Below are positions 18,634 through 28,108 of a stretch of 64,000 nucleotides of DNA, one piece after another. The position numbers were made by a program, and so were the translations under genes. Source of the DNA: Candidatus Hydrogenedentota bacterium (lineage in GTDB: Bacteria > Hydrogenedentota > Hydrogenedentia > Hydrogenedentales > SLHB01). Position 1 is the first letter of the stretch; every line of letters starts with the position of its first letter. The notes beneath the pieces were generated by a model that worked only from the letters and a program-made list of their open reading frames with translations, had not been told where the DNA came from and made no database searches. The stretch is from contig JARKSN010000289.1 of assembly GCA_029974275.1 (NCBI GenBank), positions 30,928 through 94,927 on the forward strand, in the 5' to 3' direction.

Positions 18634-19734
18634 TCAGTTGTAGACCGACCAGAGACGGAGATAGGCGTCCTCGTCTTCGCGACGGGGGCGCTCTCCATGC
18701 AACAGCGCGGGCAAACGCGCGAAGAGATGATCCCGCGGATGCAGGAAGGCGTCGCGCAGGCCATGCGTCGCCGCCGCATTCTTGCTGCGCACGTTTCGGG
18801 CAAGATTCGCGATGCGCTCCGACAGGGTATGCGCGCCCAGGCGCGCCGGCAGCGCGGCGTAGGCTTCCCAGGTCATATCCTGGATTCCCAAACGATGCCG
18901 CTCGAACTCCAAGTGGATCGCGCCGTAGAGGCGAATTGTCTCTTCAAGCCAGCCGCTCAGCGTAGTCTCCGGCGGCCACACGTGGCGCGGGCGCAATTTG
19001 AACTCGATGGACTCCGCATAGCGTTGTCGCAGGACGTCGGCCTGCGGGTAACCGCTTAGGTCGGCCTCGGCGAAGCGGCGCAGACGCTCCACGTAACTTG
19101 GCGCATAGCGTTTCTCGCACATTAGCACGACGTCGCCGAGCGCCATGGCCGCCTTCTGAATATTACGCACAACAAACGCCGTGTCGTCGTCCGGCAGTCT
19201 CCCTCCCTCCACCCGCAATTTTTGCCGGCTCAGGAGCAGTCCTACGCCGCGGTTCATGAGCAGGCGCGCGCCCTCCTGCAAGGGAACGGCGCTGGAGTCG
19301 TAGGCAGGCATTGCATCGAGAATGGCCGGCGAACCGTAAATGACGCGGTGACCGGCCTTCAGTTCCATGAGCATGAGCTCATACGGAAGCTCCGGGAGAC
19401 GGGCGCGCGGAAGCGGCGGTCCAAAGTCGACGTGCACGCCGACTTGCGGATACAGGCTCTCGCCCGCTTCCGCAAGCGCATGCTGCAACGCCAAACGCTT
19501 GCGGCGTGCGGCGTGCGGCGTGACCACGAAAAAGTCGTAGTCGTTGTACGGGCGCTCCTCGTTTTCCTCGCGCAACACGCCCCCCTCGCCGCGTCCGTAC
19601 CCGCCGCCGAGAATGATCGCGTCGAGGTTCGTCGAACCCGCCGCCGATAGCGCCGTCTCGCAGATCAGCGCCATGTCTTGTCCGATGCGGGCTTCCAGCG
19701 CCGGGCTTCCGTCCAAGGTGAATCGCTGCTTCAC
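18634..19734 (-). CDS. Putative Pol-beta-superfamily nucleotidyltransferase with a helical C-terminal domain
   Basis: IILGGGYGRGEG and PYNDYDFFVV, plus a third Asp in VHVDF. GTG 19734 overlaps the upstream GT2 stop (GTGA). Confidence 0.72.
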   Translation of the reverse strand: MKQRFTLDGSPALEARIGQDMALICETALSAAGSTNLDAIILGGGYGRGEGGVLREENEERPYNDYDFFVVTPHAARRKRLALQHALAEAGESLYPQVGVHVDFGPPLPRARLPELPYELMLMELKAGHRVIYGSPAILDAMPAYDSSAVPLQEGARLLMNRGVGLLLSRQKLRVEGGRLPDDDTAFVVRNIQKAAMALGDVVLMCEKRYAPSYVERLRRFAEADLSGYPQADVLRQRYAESIEFKLRPRHVWPPETTLSGWLEETIRLYGAIHLEFERHRLGIQDMTWEAYAALPARLGAHTLSERIANLARNVRSKNAAATHGLRDAFLHPRDHLFARLPALLHGERPRREDEDAYLRLWSVYN

Positions 19735-20588
19735 GGCGCGCTCGCTTTCTTCGCTGACCAATAGCCGCGATAATGCGCCCATCGCTGTGTCGGACGCAGT
19801 GCAAGGGAGTGGAACAGTGACGCGGGACAGCGCCCCGCTCCGAGGCAGAACGTAAGGTCGCGCGCGATAGCGGCCAAGGCGGAAACGCCGACCATGTACG
19901 CGAAGGTTTCGCGGCTGCGCGGCAACGAAAAAATCGTCGCGTCGGCGGCGCCTTCGCCAAAGTGTCTGCGATAGGACTGCCGGAGCGTGTAGTTGTGCGA
20001 GTGCATCGCGACGGAATCGGGGGCGTATGCGATTTTGTAACCGGCCTTGCGCGCCCAGTAGGACCATTCGATGTCTTCGCTGAATTGAATGGCCGCGCTA
20101 AAGGGGCGCTCCCGCCATGCCCTCCGTCGTATGGCGCTGCTGGCCATCGAAAAAAAATGCACCCAGCGTTGCGCCTCGACGCCGTTGCCGAACGCACGCT
20201 CGGTTTCGTGCGCAAACAACGGCCGCGCATCGGAACGCGCAATTTGACGCCCATACGCCGCCGCGACATCGCCGCCATCCATCGCGCGCAAGAGGTTCTC
20301 CAACCAGTTCGCGCCCTGCGGCGTTGCGTCGGAATTCAGGAATACGACGACCTCGCCGTCGGTCATCTCCATGGCTTCGTTCAACACGCGCCCCGGCACG
20401 TAATCGCCCGCGGGAATTTGCACCAACTCGTCCGTGAACGCGCGCACCACATCGAGCGTGCCGTCGGTCGATCCGTTGTCGATATTGAGGAGCCTGCAAG
20501 GCGTCGTTTGCTTGCGCACGGCCTCCAGCGTGTCGCGAATGAACGCGATATCGTTTCTTGAACGCACGACCACCCACGGCGCGCTCAT
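19731..20588 (-). CDS. GT2 glycosyltransferase (rhamnosyltransferase-like)
   Basis: IDNGSTDGT, FLNSDATP, AYGRQ, FSEDIEW, HSHNY. Confidence 0.9.
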   Translation of the reverse strand: MSAPWVVVRSRNDIAFIRDTLEAVRKQTTPCRLLNIDNGSTDGTLDVVRAFTDELVQIPAGDYVPGRVLNEAMEMTDGEVVVFLNSDATPQGANWLENLLRAMDGGDVAAAYGRQIARSDARPLFAHETERAFGNGVEAQRWVHFFSMASSAIRRRAWRERPFSAAIQFSEDIEWSYWARKAGYKIAYAPDSVAMHSHNYTLRQSYRRHFGEGAADATIFSLPRSRETFAYMVGVSALAAIARDLTFCLGAGRCPASLFHSLALRPTQRWAHYRGYWSAKKASAP

Positions 20589-21739
20589 CGCTGCGCCTCC
20601 GACAGCATCAAGGCGTAGATATCGGCGAGACCTTGCGGCGCAGGGTCTGGCGTCACGTTGCTGAGAAATGCCGCCACGGAGTCCTGGTCGCCGGGATCAT
20701 ACCCATGCATCGCCGCCAGCGGCTTCTGGCCCATGAAACTGGGACATAACAACACGCCGGGTTTGAGCAGAAAGAAAAGATCGCCGTAGCGCGTGTTCGG
20801 AAAATCGCACCCGAAACGCTGCAATTCGTCGTCGGAAAGAACATGCCCAAGCGGTTCCGCTTCGAGGGCGCGCACGATCCTCGTGCGCGCGGCATCGTTG
20901 AGAAACCAAAAGCGCGCCATCGTCGAATCGTACATCGCCGCATAGTCATGGCCAAACCGCAGCCCCAGCGCGTCGATGCGCGCCATCAGATCGCAGACCG
21001 TTGTCACGTCGGTCATGCCGTGATCCGAGAAGAGGTAGAGGCGGACGGTCGTATACCGCGCTTGCGCACGGGCGAGAAGGCGACGGATCTGTGCGTCGTA
21101 CCACGCCATGTGGCGTTGGACTCCCGCGCCCGTTGTCCCTTCGCGATGAAGGATTGCATCGAGGGCGGCCATGTAGAGATAGGCAAACGATATTTCGCCT
21201 TTGGTCAGCGCCGCGTCGAGGGCCGCGAGGTTCTCCTGTTCGGGGCGTCGCCAATCGGAGAGAAAGAAGGGCGCACGACGATCGCGCAGGTGATCGAAGA
21301 TCGTGGAACATCCTGCGTTGATGCCGCCGGGCTGATACAGGTCGCGCTTCTCCGTATATTCAAAGAGCGGCAACACGTGAAACGGCACGTTGTAAAGCTG
21401 AAAGTAGCCGGTGTACCCCAGCAGCGGTTTGACTAGGCGGCTGATCCAATGCCGCACGCGGCCACGACTCGTGATCGTTTTCGGCAACCATCCCAATGGC
21501 CGCAAAAGGCGGAACGGCGATTCCGAAGGGTTGTAACAGAAGAACGAGAAGTGCCCGTGGTCGCGCGGCGCCTTGCCCGTGAGAATCGTCGGATCGCAGG
21601 TGGAACTATACCCAAAGACCGTGTCGAGCGGCCGGCGATAGGGAAGCGCATCGTCGAGAAACGAATGCTTCTGTAGAAGCTCCCATCCCAGCGCGTCCAC
21701 GAAAAGGAACAACGTCAACGTATCTTGTTGCGCGGTCAT
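20585..21739 (-). CDS. Alkaline phosphatase superfamily / type I phosphodiesterase-nucleotide pyrophosphatase
   Basis: FVDALGW, GYSST..TILTG, LDAILH, FSDHG and MHGY metal-ligand motifs; start re-placed at ATG 21739. Confidence 0.85.
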   Translation of the reverse strand: MTAQQDTLTLFLFVDALGWELLQKHSFLDDALPYRRPLDTVFGYSSTCDPTILTGKAPRDHGHFSFFCYNPSESPFRLLRPLGWLPKTITSRGRVRHWISRLVKPLLGYTGYFQLYNVPFHVLPLFEYTEKRDLYQPGGINAGCSTIFDHLRDRRAPFFLSDWRRPEQENLAALDAALTKGEISFAYLYMAALDAILHREGTTGAGVQRHMAWYDAQIRRLLARAQARYTTVRLYLFSDHGMTDVTTVCDLMARIDALGLRFGHDYAAMYDSTMARFWFLNDAARTRIVRALEAEPLGHVLSDDELQRFGCDFPNTRYGDLFFLLKPGVLLCPSFMGQKPLAAMHGYDPGDQDSVAAFLSNVTPDPAPQGLADIYALMLSEAQR

Positions 21740-21750
21740 AGCCGGTCCAC

Positions 21751-23985
21751 CTAGAGTTGATCCTCGGGCATAACGGGCGTCAATTTGAAAATGCGCGTTT
21801 CCCCCGTGTTCAGCAGGACATTCAGAAACTGGCGCTCGGGCCATCCTCGTTCGGGGAGGAGAACATCTTGCACCGCGAAGGGCCAACCGAAATCGATGAC
21901 CCGTTCGCCGCGTTCGCTGGCGTGCAAGGCGAACAGATTGGGCCCGACGTGCGTGACATCGCACTTGAGTGAGTTGCGACGGTAGAAGACCCGCTGTTCG
22001 ACAATCTGCAACAATTCTCGCAGCAGACCCGGCGTCAGACAAGGTTCCGCGACGAAGATCGATTCCCAACCGCTCTCGAGAGCGACTATTGCGACGCTGA
22101 CCTTGCCGGAATCGCGGTACGTGGCCACCGTGTTCAAATTTTCCCCTTCGATGTAGAACAACGGATTCCATTCCCGCGTCGGCCCAAAGTCCGTTCCCGT
22201 CGCAATCCACCGGCCGTCTAGTTGGAACACGGAGCCGGATTTCGCGGGGCCTTCGAATGCCTTGACCGGCAGTTGCGTTAGCGCCGCAATGTTTTCGGGC
22301 GCGGCGCTGTCCCCTGCGAAATAGCCTGGCGCATAGAGCCAGATGGCGGTGGCCTGCTGCTGCTGCAAACGCGCATGAAGCCGCGAACGCTGCTCCTCGT
22401 TCACCTGGAACAGATTGAGGAAGAGATAGACCGATGCCGGCGGGGCGTTGCCTTCCAGAACGTCGCGAAACAGACGGAATTGGACGGGCGCGCCCGAGCG
22501 AAGAGCCGCGTCCCGCGCCTGAATCAGCAGAAATTCATTCAACGGCGCATCGCAGAGCTGATAGAAACGCGAATTTTCATCGATCACCGTCATGAGGACG
22601 GGCCGCATGTCCGGACGCACGTCGTACGCCGTCGTCGGCGCATTGGCCCGCGCGTAGCCGTTGTCGCCGTACGCAGCGGCATACGCCTGCGTCATTGCCT
22701 GGAAACGTTTCCACATCTCCGGTTCCAGCAACTGCCCGTCGCCTGCGGCATCCATCCACATGAGTCCCAGTTGATGCGTCAACGCGGCGGCAAAATTGCG
22801 CGCCTGCACGTTGTAAACATCCTCCGGACGCACGCCCGCCATCCGCGAGATCGCCCCCGTGCCGACATCGCGCGCCAGTCCGGTGCGCGTATCGTCCAGC
22901 AGATGCCACCATTTCCCATGCGCGCGGGCGCTGTCGACCGGCCCCATGAAGCCGCCCGCTCCCCCCAGCCCGCGGTCGACATAGGAAACCGGCGTCACGA
23001 AACCGTTGAGCTTGCTCATGAGCAACCGTTCTAGGGCAAGCTGTCCGCTGTCGTTGTTGAGGGCCTCGAACGAAGCGCCATAGAACGCGAAGACCTGAAT
23101 GGAATCCGGACCATGTGTTTGGATGCACTCCGTAAATTCCTCAATGGCTTCCGCCGTGTTGTCCGATGCAAAGCGCCAATAATCGGACCAACGCCGCTGC
23201 GCCGGCAACGAGACAAAGACGTTCCGGGGATCGTCCGTAATGGGCCGTTCCGCAACGGCGGCCGCCGCCATCGTGACCTGCGCGTCTCCCCATGCGGCTT
23301 GAAGCGCCTCGTCGCTGCCATAACGATGGCGCAGCCATTCCTGAAAGGCTTTCACATTCGCGGGAGATGCGTCGAATCCATTGGGGCGGCTCCAACGACC
23401 TTCCGGCAGACACGACAAAACAAACCCCAGCACATGATCGCGATGATCGGATTGGTTGATTGCGGCAAGCAGCAGTTCCAGGCCGTGACGCACCGCCGCC
23501 CGCCACTCGGACGATGCGAGAGAGACCGTCCCATGGGACTGCCCTGGAATGACGGCCCCCGCTTCCGGATTCGCCGCAAGCCACGAATCGGGCGGATCGA
23601 GACGAAGATGCAGGAGGACGTATCCGGCGGGATCGGCGTGCAGCACGTCGCTCAGGGATTGGAGAGCTGGCGCGACATCGATCCCATGGTGGGGCCATGG
23701 AAGCGGCACGGACACCATATGCCCATGCACTTCCGAGCGCGCCGCCCACTGAATTTCCTGCAATACGGTCGCGCGGTCTCCCCCTGCCGCCATCGGCGCC
23801 GCAAAGAACAGCGGCGGCGCATACGCGCGACGCACCTCCGCCTTGGAACCCGGTTTCGTCTGGGACGTCGGGCTCGCCACGGATCGATCGCCCACAGGCG
23901 CCGTGACGGCGCCCAGCCAAAAGCCAAGCGCAATCGACGCCGCGAGAACGCCCAAGAACATGAGTATGCGAACAAAAACCTTCAC
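21751..23985 (-). CDS. Membrane-anchored GH42/beta-galactosidase-like protein, catalytic Glu residues apparently absent
   Basis: N-terminal TM helix, AFQEWLRHRYGSDEALQAAWG (GH42-like), PVSYVDR, DDTRT, WLYAPG trimerisation-like region. Confidence 0.65.
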   Translation of the reverse strand: MKVFVRILMFLGVLAASIALGFWLGAVTAPVGDRSVASPTSQTKPGSKAEVRRAYAPPLFFAAPMAAGGDRATVLQEIQWAARSEVHGHMVSVPLPWPHHGIDVAPALQSLSDVLHADPAGYVLLHLRLDPPDSWLAANPEAGAVIPGQSHGTVSLASSEWRAAVRHGLELLLAAINQSDHRDHVLGFVLSCLPEGRWSRPNGFDASPANVKAFQEWLRHRYGSDEALQAAWGDAQVTMAAAAVAERPITDDPRNVFVSLPAQRRWSDYWRFASDNTAEAIEEFTECIQTHGPDSIQVFAFYGASFEALNNDSGQLALERLLMSKLNGFVTPVSYVDRGLGGAGGFMGPVDSARAHGKWWHLLDDTRTGLARDVGTGAISRMAGVRPEDVYNVQARNFAAALTHQLGLMWMDAAGDGQLLEPEMWKRFQAMTQAYAAAYGDNGYARANAPTTAYDVRPDMRPVLMTVIDENSRFYQLCDAPLNEFLLIQARDAALRSGAPVQFRLFRDVLEGNAPPASVYLFLNLFQVNEEQRSRLHARLQQQQATAIWLYAPGYFAGDSAAPENIAALTQLPVKAFEGPAKSGSVFQLDGRWIATGTDFGPTREWNPLFYIEGENLNTVATYRDSGKVSVAIVALESGWESIFVAEPCLTPGLLRELLQIVEQRVFYRRNSLKCDVTHVGPNLFALHASERGERVIDFGWPFAVQDVLLPERGWPERQFLNVLLNTGETRIFKLTPVMPEDQL

Positions 23986-24216
23986 GATGACAAGAACATC
24001 CGTAACCCGCCATGCCGTTGCGCCGTCGGCCCATGCCTCTGCCCAAGCCTACCCACATCCTCGCAATGCTTCAACTTCGCGAGTTTGGATTCTGCACGCA
24101 AACCGGCTATGGTATCGCCATGGAAGAGCAAGGTCTGTTTTTTGAGGGCCGAGAGGCGAGCGGACACGGGCAACGCGCGCGGCATACGGTCGATCGAGAC
24201 AAGGATGAGACCATCG

Positions 24217-24954
24217 ATGTCCGCTGATTTCGGATCGAACATGCCGATCGGATTCGACCTCACCTGGATATTGGCCGGTCTACTGCTCATCCCCTACTTG
24301 CTATGGGGCGAGTACACCCTCCGCCACAGGCTTCAAGACGGCGCCGAATTCCGTCCCGTCACGGAGATCATCACGCTTGCGCTAGTCGGCGTTTTCTTTG
24401 TTTTCCAATATGCGCTGTTGCGCGAATGGCTCGGCAAAACCCCCCTCTATCTTTTTCTCGCCCTCATGGGACTGGCGCTTTCCGGTCTGATACTCTACGG
24501 CCATATGGTCGTCTCGCTCGTGAGCGCGCTCCTGGTCGATCTGGTGGCGCCCTCGGCCGATCGCCTGCATGAGCCCAACTACCTTCCCGGCGAGGCCTGC
24601 GAGGCCAACGGCGACTTCGAAGGCGCGGTGCGCGAATACCTCGCCGTCGCGCGGATATTTCCCAAAGACCCCAAGACCGCCATACGTCTCGGCGATAACC
24701 TTGCCAAGCTGAGCAAATGGGAAGAGGCCGCCTCCTGGTTCGAACAGGGCATTGAAAACCTCGATCGAGGCGAGCAAGTGCTGCCGATCATGTTCCGTCT
24801 CGCCGAAATCTATGCGGGCAGACTAGGGCGCGGCGCGGCGGCAAAGGCGCTGTACGAAGAATTTATTCGTCGCTTTCCAGACGATCCTTCCGTGGCCATT
24901 GTCCAAGCGAGAATTCGCACCGTGACCGATGGATGCTCGAACGATCTGCAATAG
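24217..24954 (+). CDS. Membrane protein with C-terminal TPR repeats
   Basis: Three to four hydrophobic helices, then TPR-like segments (GDFEGAVREY, KWEEAASWF, AAAKALYEEFIRRFP); start 24217 or 24241. Confidence 0.75.
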   Translation: MSADFGSNMPIGFDLTWILAGLLLIPYLLWGEYTLRHRLQDGAEFRPVTEIITLALVGVFFVFQYALLREWLGKTPLYLFLALMGLALSGLILYGHMVVSLVSALLVDLVAPSADRLHEPNYLPGEACEANGDFEGAVREYLAVARIFPKDPKTAIRLGDNLAKLSKWEEAASWFEQGIENLDRGEQVLPIMFRLAEIYAGRLGRGAAAKALYEEFIRRFPDDPSVAIVQARIRTVTDGCSNDLQ

Positions 24955-25106
24955 TTTTCATTTTTCGATCTATTTGTATAATAATTCCGCCAATATTTCG
25001 GTTCAATCGCAAATTTCCCGCATTGGTTGCGAAAATGGCCTCCGATGCGGTACACTACGCGTGTGGGGCGATAGGTTCTGAACAAACGCTAACGAAAGAG
25101 GACAAG

Positions 25107-26033
25107 GTGAGTCGATATCGCATTTGCGTGGCGGATGACTGCGAAGAAGCGGCAGCAGTATTGAGCGAGGGGTTACAGCTTCACGACTATGACGTCTGCG
25201 TTGCCCATACGGGCGCCGAGGCGTTGGCGATATGCAAGGCGGGAGGGATCGATCTGATCCTGCTTGATGTGTGCATGCCCGAGATGGACGGCTACGAGGT
25301 GTGCCGTCAGTTGAAAGCTTCTCCCCAGACCTCCGCGATTGTCGTGGTGTTCGTCACCGTGCGCGGCACGAGCGAGGACATCTCGCGGGGATACGATCTG
25401 GGCGCGGTGGACTATATCACCAAGCCCTACAATCTCCCGATGGTGATGGTGCGCGTGGATGCCGCGATTCGCCATTGCCGGCTGCAAGACCGCTTTTCCG
25501 CAGGCGACGAATCTATCATGGAGTTTGCCTCGACGGACTCCCTGACAGGTCTGCGGAATCGCTGCTATTTTTTGAATCGCCTGGAAGAAGAAATCGACAA
25601 GGCGGACCGATATGCCTATCCCGTGTCCTGTGTGGTTTTCGATCTTGCTGAAGTCGAAGGATTAGACGCGGAACTGGGGCCCGCCCCGGTCGACGATTTA
25701 TTGGCCGAGATTGCGCTAGCCTTGCGCACAAGCACGCGGAACAACGATGTCCTGGCGCGTTACGACGGCACGATGCTGACGGCGCTACTGCCCCATACGC
25801 CGCTGAACGACGCCTTGAACTATGCGTCCAAAATGCTTTCGGAGATCGACAAGACGACTTTCAGCGTTCCGTCCTTTCCGACGCGCGCGACCTTGCGCGC
25901 CGGAATCGCCACGTGCCAAAACGGCGGCGCCCAGAAGGCGGAATACATCCTTGGCGAGGCCATGCGCGGACTGTTTCAAGCGAAAACCTTGCCCGGGGGA
26001 CGGGTGGTGACCCGGAACGTTTCCCCATCCTAG
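25107..26033 (+). CDS. PleD-like response regulator, REC plus degenerate GGDEF domain
   Basis: VADD, LLDVCMPEMDGY, DYITKP, DSLTGLRNR; the active site reads ARYDGTM instead of RxGGDEF. GTG start with GAGG upstream. Confidence 0.88.
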   Translation: MSRYRICVADDCEEAAAVLSEGLQLHDYDVCVAHTGAEALAICKAGGIDLILLDVCMPEMDGYEVCRQLKASPQTSAIVVVFVTVRGTSEDISRGYDLGAVDYITKPYNLPMVMVRVDAAIRHCRLQDRFSAGDESIMEFASTDSLTGLRNRCYFLNRLEEEIDKADRYAYPVSCVVFDLAEVEGLDAELGPAPVDDLLAEIALALRTSTRNNDVLARYDGTMLTALLPHTPLNDALNYASKMLSEIDKTTFSVPSFPTRATLRAGIATCQNGGAQKAEYILGEAMRGLFQAKTLPGGRVVTRNVSPS

Positions 26034-27325
26034 CGGTCGGCGCTTCCTTCCATTCCCAGCCGTTCAAGGGCTTTGCGGCCGATGTCCCTCCGGAAATGCG
26101 CCCCCTCGAACGTGATGTTCTCGACGCCCGCATAGGCTTTTTGGAGGGCCGCAGGCAGGGTTGCATCCGTGGCCGTGACATTCAACACCCGGCCGCCGTG
26201 GGTGACGAGCGTCCCCTCCGTCTTCTTCGTGCCCGCATGAAAAACCGAGACCCCCTCTTTTTCCGCCGCGCCGATGCCTTCGATGGGTTTCCCCTTGGAA
26301 TAAGGCCCCGGATATCCCTTGGAAGTCATGACCACCGACGCGCAGGCGCACGGCGCCCAGTCCAATGCGACCTGGTCTAGGGTTCCGTCGCAACACGCCG
26401 CCAATACAGGCACGAGATCGGATTGCAGCAGCGGCAACACGACTTGGGTTTCCGGGTCGCCGAAACGGCAGTTGAACTCGATGACCTTCGGGCCCGACTC
26501 GGTGATCATCAGTCCCGCATAGAGGACGCCCCGATAGGCGATTCCCTCGTTCGCCATGCCTTGGACACAGGGTTTCAGAACCGTTTCAACGATTTCCTCG
26601 AGCAACGCCTCCGACACGACGGGCGCCGGGGCGTAAGCGCCCATGCCTCCGGTGTTGGGGCCTTCATCGTTGTCGAAGACCGCTTTATGGTCCTGCGAGG
26701 GGGGCATGGGAACCACCGTCTTGCCATCCGTGAAGGCGAGAATGGACGCCTCCTCGCCGACAAGGCGCTCTTCAATCACTACGCGGCGCCCGGCCTGGCC
26801 AAAGGCGTGATCGACCATGGCGGCGCGGATTGCGGCGATGGCCGCGTCGACATCGGACGCGACGGTGACGCCTTTGCCTGCGGCGAGACCGTCCGCCTTG
26901 ACCACGATGGGGGCGCCTTTTCGCTTGACATAGGCGACGGCCTCTTCGGCATTGGAAAACTCGGCGTATTCAGCGGTCGGAATGCCGTACTTCGCCATGA
27001 TGTGTTTGGCGAACGCCTTGCTCGCTTCGAGTTGCGCCGCTTTGGCGGACGGCCCAAAGGCCGTGAAACCGGCGGCCTCGAACTGATCGACCAATCCATG
27101 CGCCAACGGGTCCTCCGGTCCGACGACCGTGAGATCGATCGCGTGGACCTTGGCGAGCGCCAACAACCCGGGGATGTCCGTCGCGGTCACGGGTGCGCAC
27201 GTGGCGTGAGCCGCGATGCCCGGATTGCCGGGCGCGCAATAGAGGCGCTTCACCAAGGGGCTTTGGGCGATTTTCCATGCCAGGGCGTGCTCGCGGCCTC
27301 CGCCGCCGATGATAAGAACGTTCAC
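26030..27325 (-). CDS. purD: Phosphoribosylamine--glycine ligase
   Basis: GGGGREHAL, APGNPG, KADGLAAGKGV, SQDHK, GPNTGGMGAY, EFNCRFGDPETQ. Confidence 0.98.
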   Translation of the reverse strand: MNVLIIGGGGREHALAWKIAQSPLVKRLYCAPGNPGIAAHATCAPVTATDIPGLLALAKVHAIDLTVVGPEDPLAHGLVDQFEAAGFTAFGPSAKAAQLEASKAFAKHIMAKYGIPTAEYAEFSNAEEAVAYVKRKGAPIVVKADGLAAGKGVTVASDVDAAIAAIRAAMVDHAFGQAGRRVVIEERLVGEEASILAFTDGKTVVPMPPSQDHKAVFDNDEGPNTGGMGAYAPAPVVSEALLEEIVETVLKPCVQGMANEGIAYRGVLYAGLMITESGPKVIEFNCRFGDPETQVVLPLLQSDLVPVLAACCDGTLDQVALDWAPCACASVVMTSKGYPGPYSKGKPIEGIGAAEKEGVSVFHAGTKKTEGTLVTHGGRVLNVTATDATLPAALQKAYAGVENITFEGAHFRRDIGRKALERLGMEGSADR

Positions 27326-27330
27326 GAATG

Positions 27331-27936
27331 TCACTCCTCCGGAGGCACGATGCTTCTCAAATATGCCGCAATGGCCTGGTCGTATTCCGCGGTGCACGCG
27401 AAGGCTTCCAGCGCCAGGCGGTACCGCGTGGGAAACGTCACCGACCCGTTATGCGCGCGAAGCTCGTGCATGATCGCGCTGTAACGTTCGGGGTTCACGA
27501 CGACCGTGACGTAGCGGAAATTCTTGGCTGCGGACCGGATCATGGCGGTTCCGCCGATGTCGATTTGCTCGACGACTTCCTCGAGCGTTATGCCGGGCTG
27601 GGAAATCACCGCTTCGACGGGATGGGGGTGGATCACAACCATGTCGATCCAGTCATAATCAAAGGCTTTCAACTGCTCGGCGTGGAGTTTGTTGTCGCGG
27701 ATGCCGAGAATTCCGGCATGGACCTTCGAGTGGAGGGACTTGACGCGTCCGTCCATCATTTCCTGGACGCCGGTGTAGTCGCCGATGCTGACGGCCTCGA
27801 TCCCCGCGTCGTGGAGCACGTTCAGCGTGCCGGCCGTGCTGATGATTTCGACGTTGAACTCGCGAAGCAGCCGGGCGAGTTCCACCACGCCTGTCTTGTC
27901 GTGGCAACTGATGATGGCGCGCCGAATCATTGTCAT
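27331..27936 (-). CDS. Stand-alone IMP-cyclohydrolase/MGS-like domain (PurH N-terminal half only, divergent)
   Basis: AIISCHDKTG, ISTAGT, GRVKSLH, IDIGG..MIRSAAKN. Stops after about 200 aa with no AICAR transformylase domain; GGAGG RBS upstream. Confidence 0.85.
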   Translation of the reverse strand: MTMIRRAIISCHDKTGVVELARLLREFNVEIISTAGTLNVLHDAGIEAVSIGDYTGVQEMMDGRVKSLHSKVHAGILGIRDNKLHAEQLKAFDYDWIDMVVIHPHPVEAVISQPGITLEEVVEQIDIGGTAMIRSAAKNFRYVTVVVNPERYSAIMHELRAHNGSVTFPTRYRLALEAFACTAEYDQAIAAYLRSIVPPEE

Positions 27937-28054
27937 GCTCACCTCCCGCAGCATCGAAAGAACGGTGTCCCAGTGAATTTCCATACAAAACGGGGAGCAA
28001 TCATAGCGCACCTGCCTTCAAAAAGAAAGACCTTTGTGGGGGCCCAAAGCCGAG

Positions 28055-28085
28055 GGCCGCGCCTCCGCCGAACGGGGGCGCGGCC
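28055..28085. terminator. GC-rich hairpin downstream of the EF-hand gene
   Basis: GGCCGCGCCTCCG-ccgaa-CGGGGGCGCGGCC, a 13-bp stem with one wobble or mismatch. Confidence 0.45.
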
Positions 28086-28108
28086 TGAGAGGGGGGACGA
28101 TCGGCGCG

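Noticed and set aside
23113..24216. N-terminal ~370 aa of ORF 23113..24954
   Set aside because: Overlaps the GH42-like gene on the opposite strand; protein-like sequence begins only at about 24217.
27937..28108. Possible ZMP/ZTP or purine riboswitch upstream of the purH-like gene
   Set aside because: Conserved GACTGGCG and CGCCTGGGC elements are absent, and a -10-like TATGAT leaves only a short leader.
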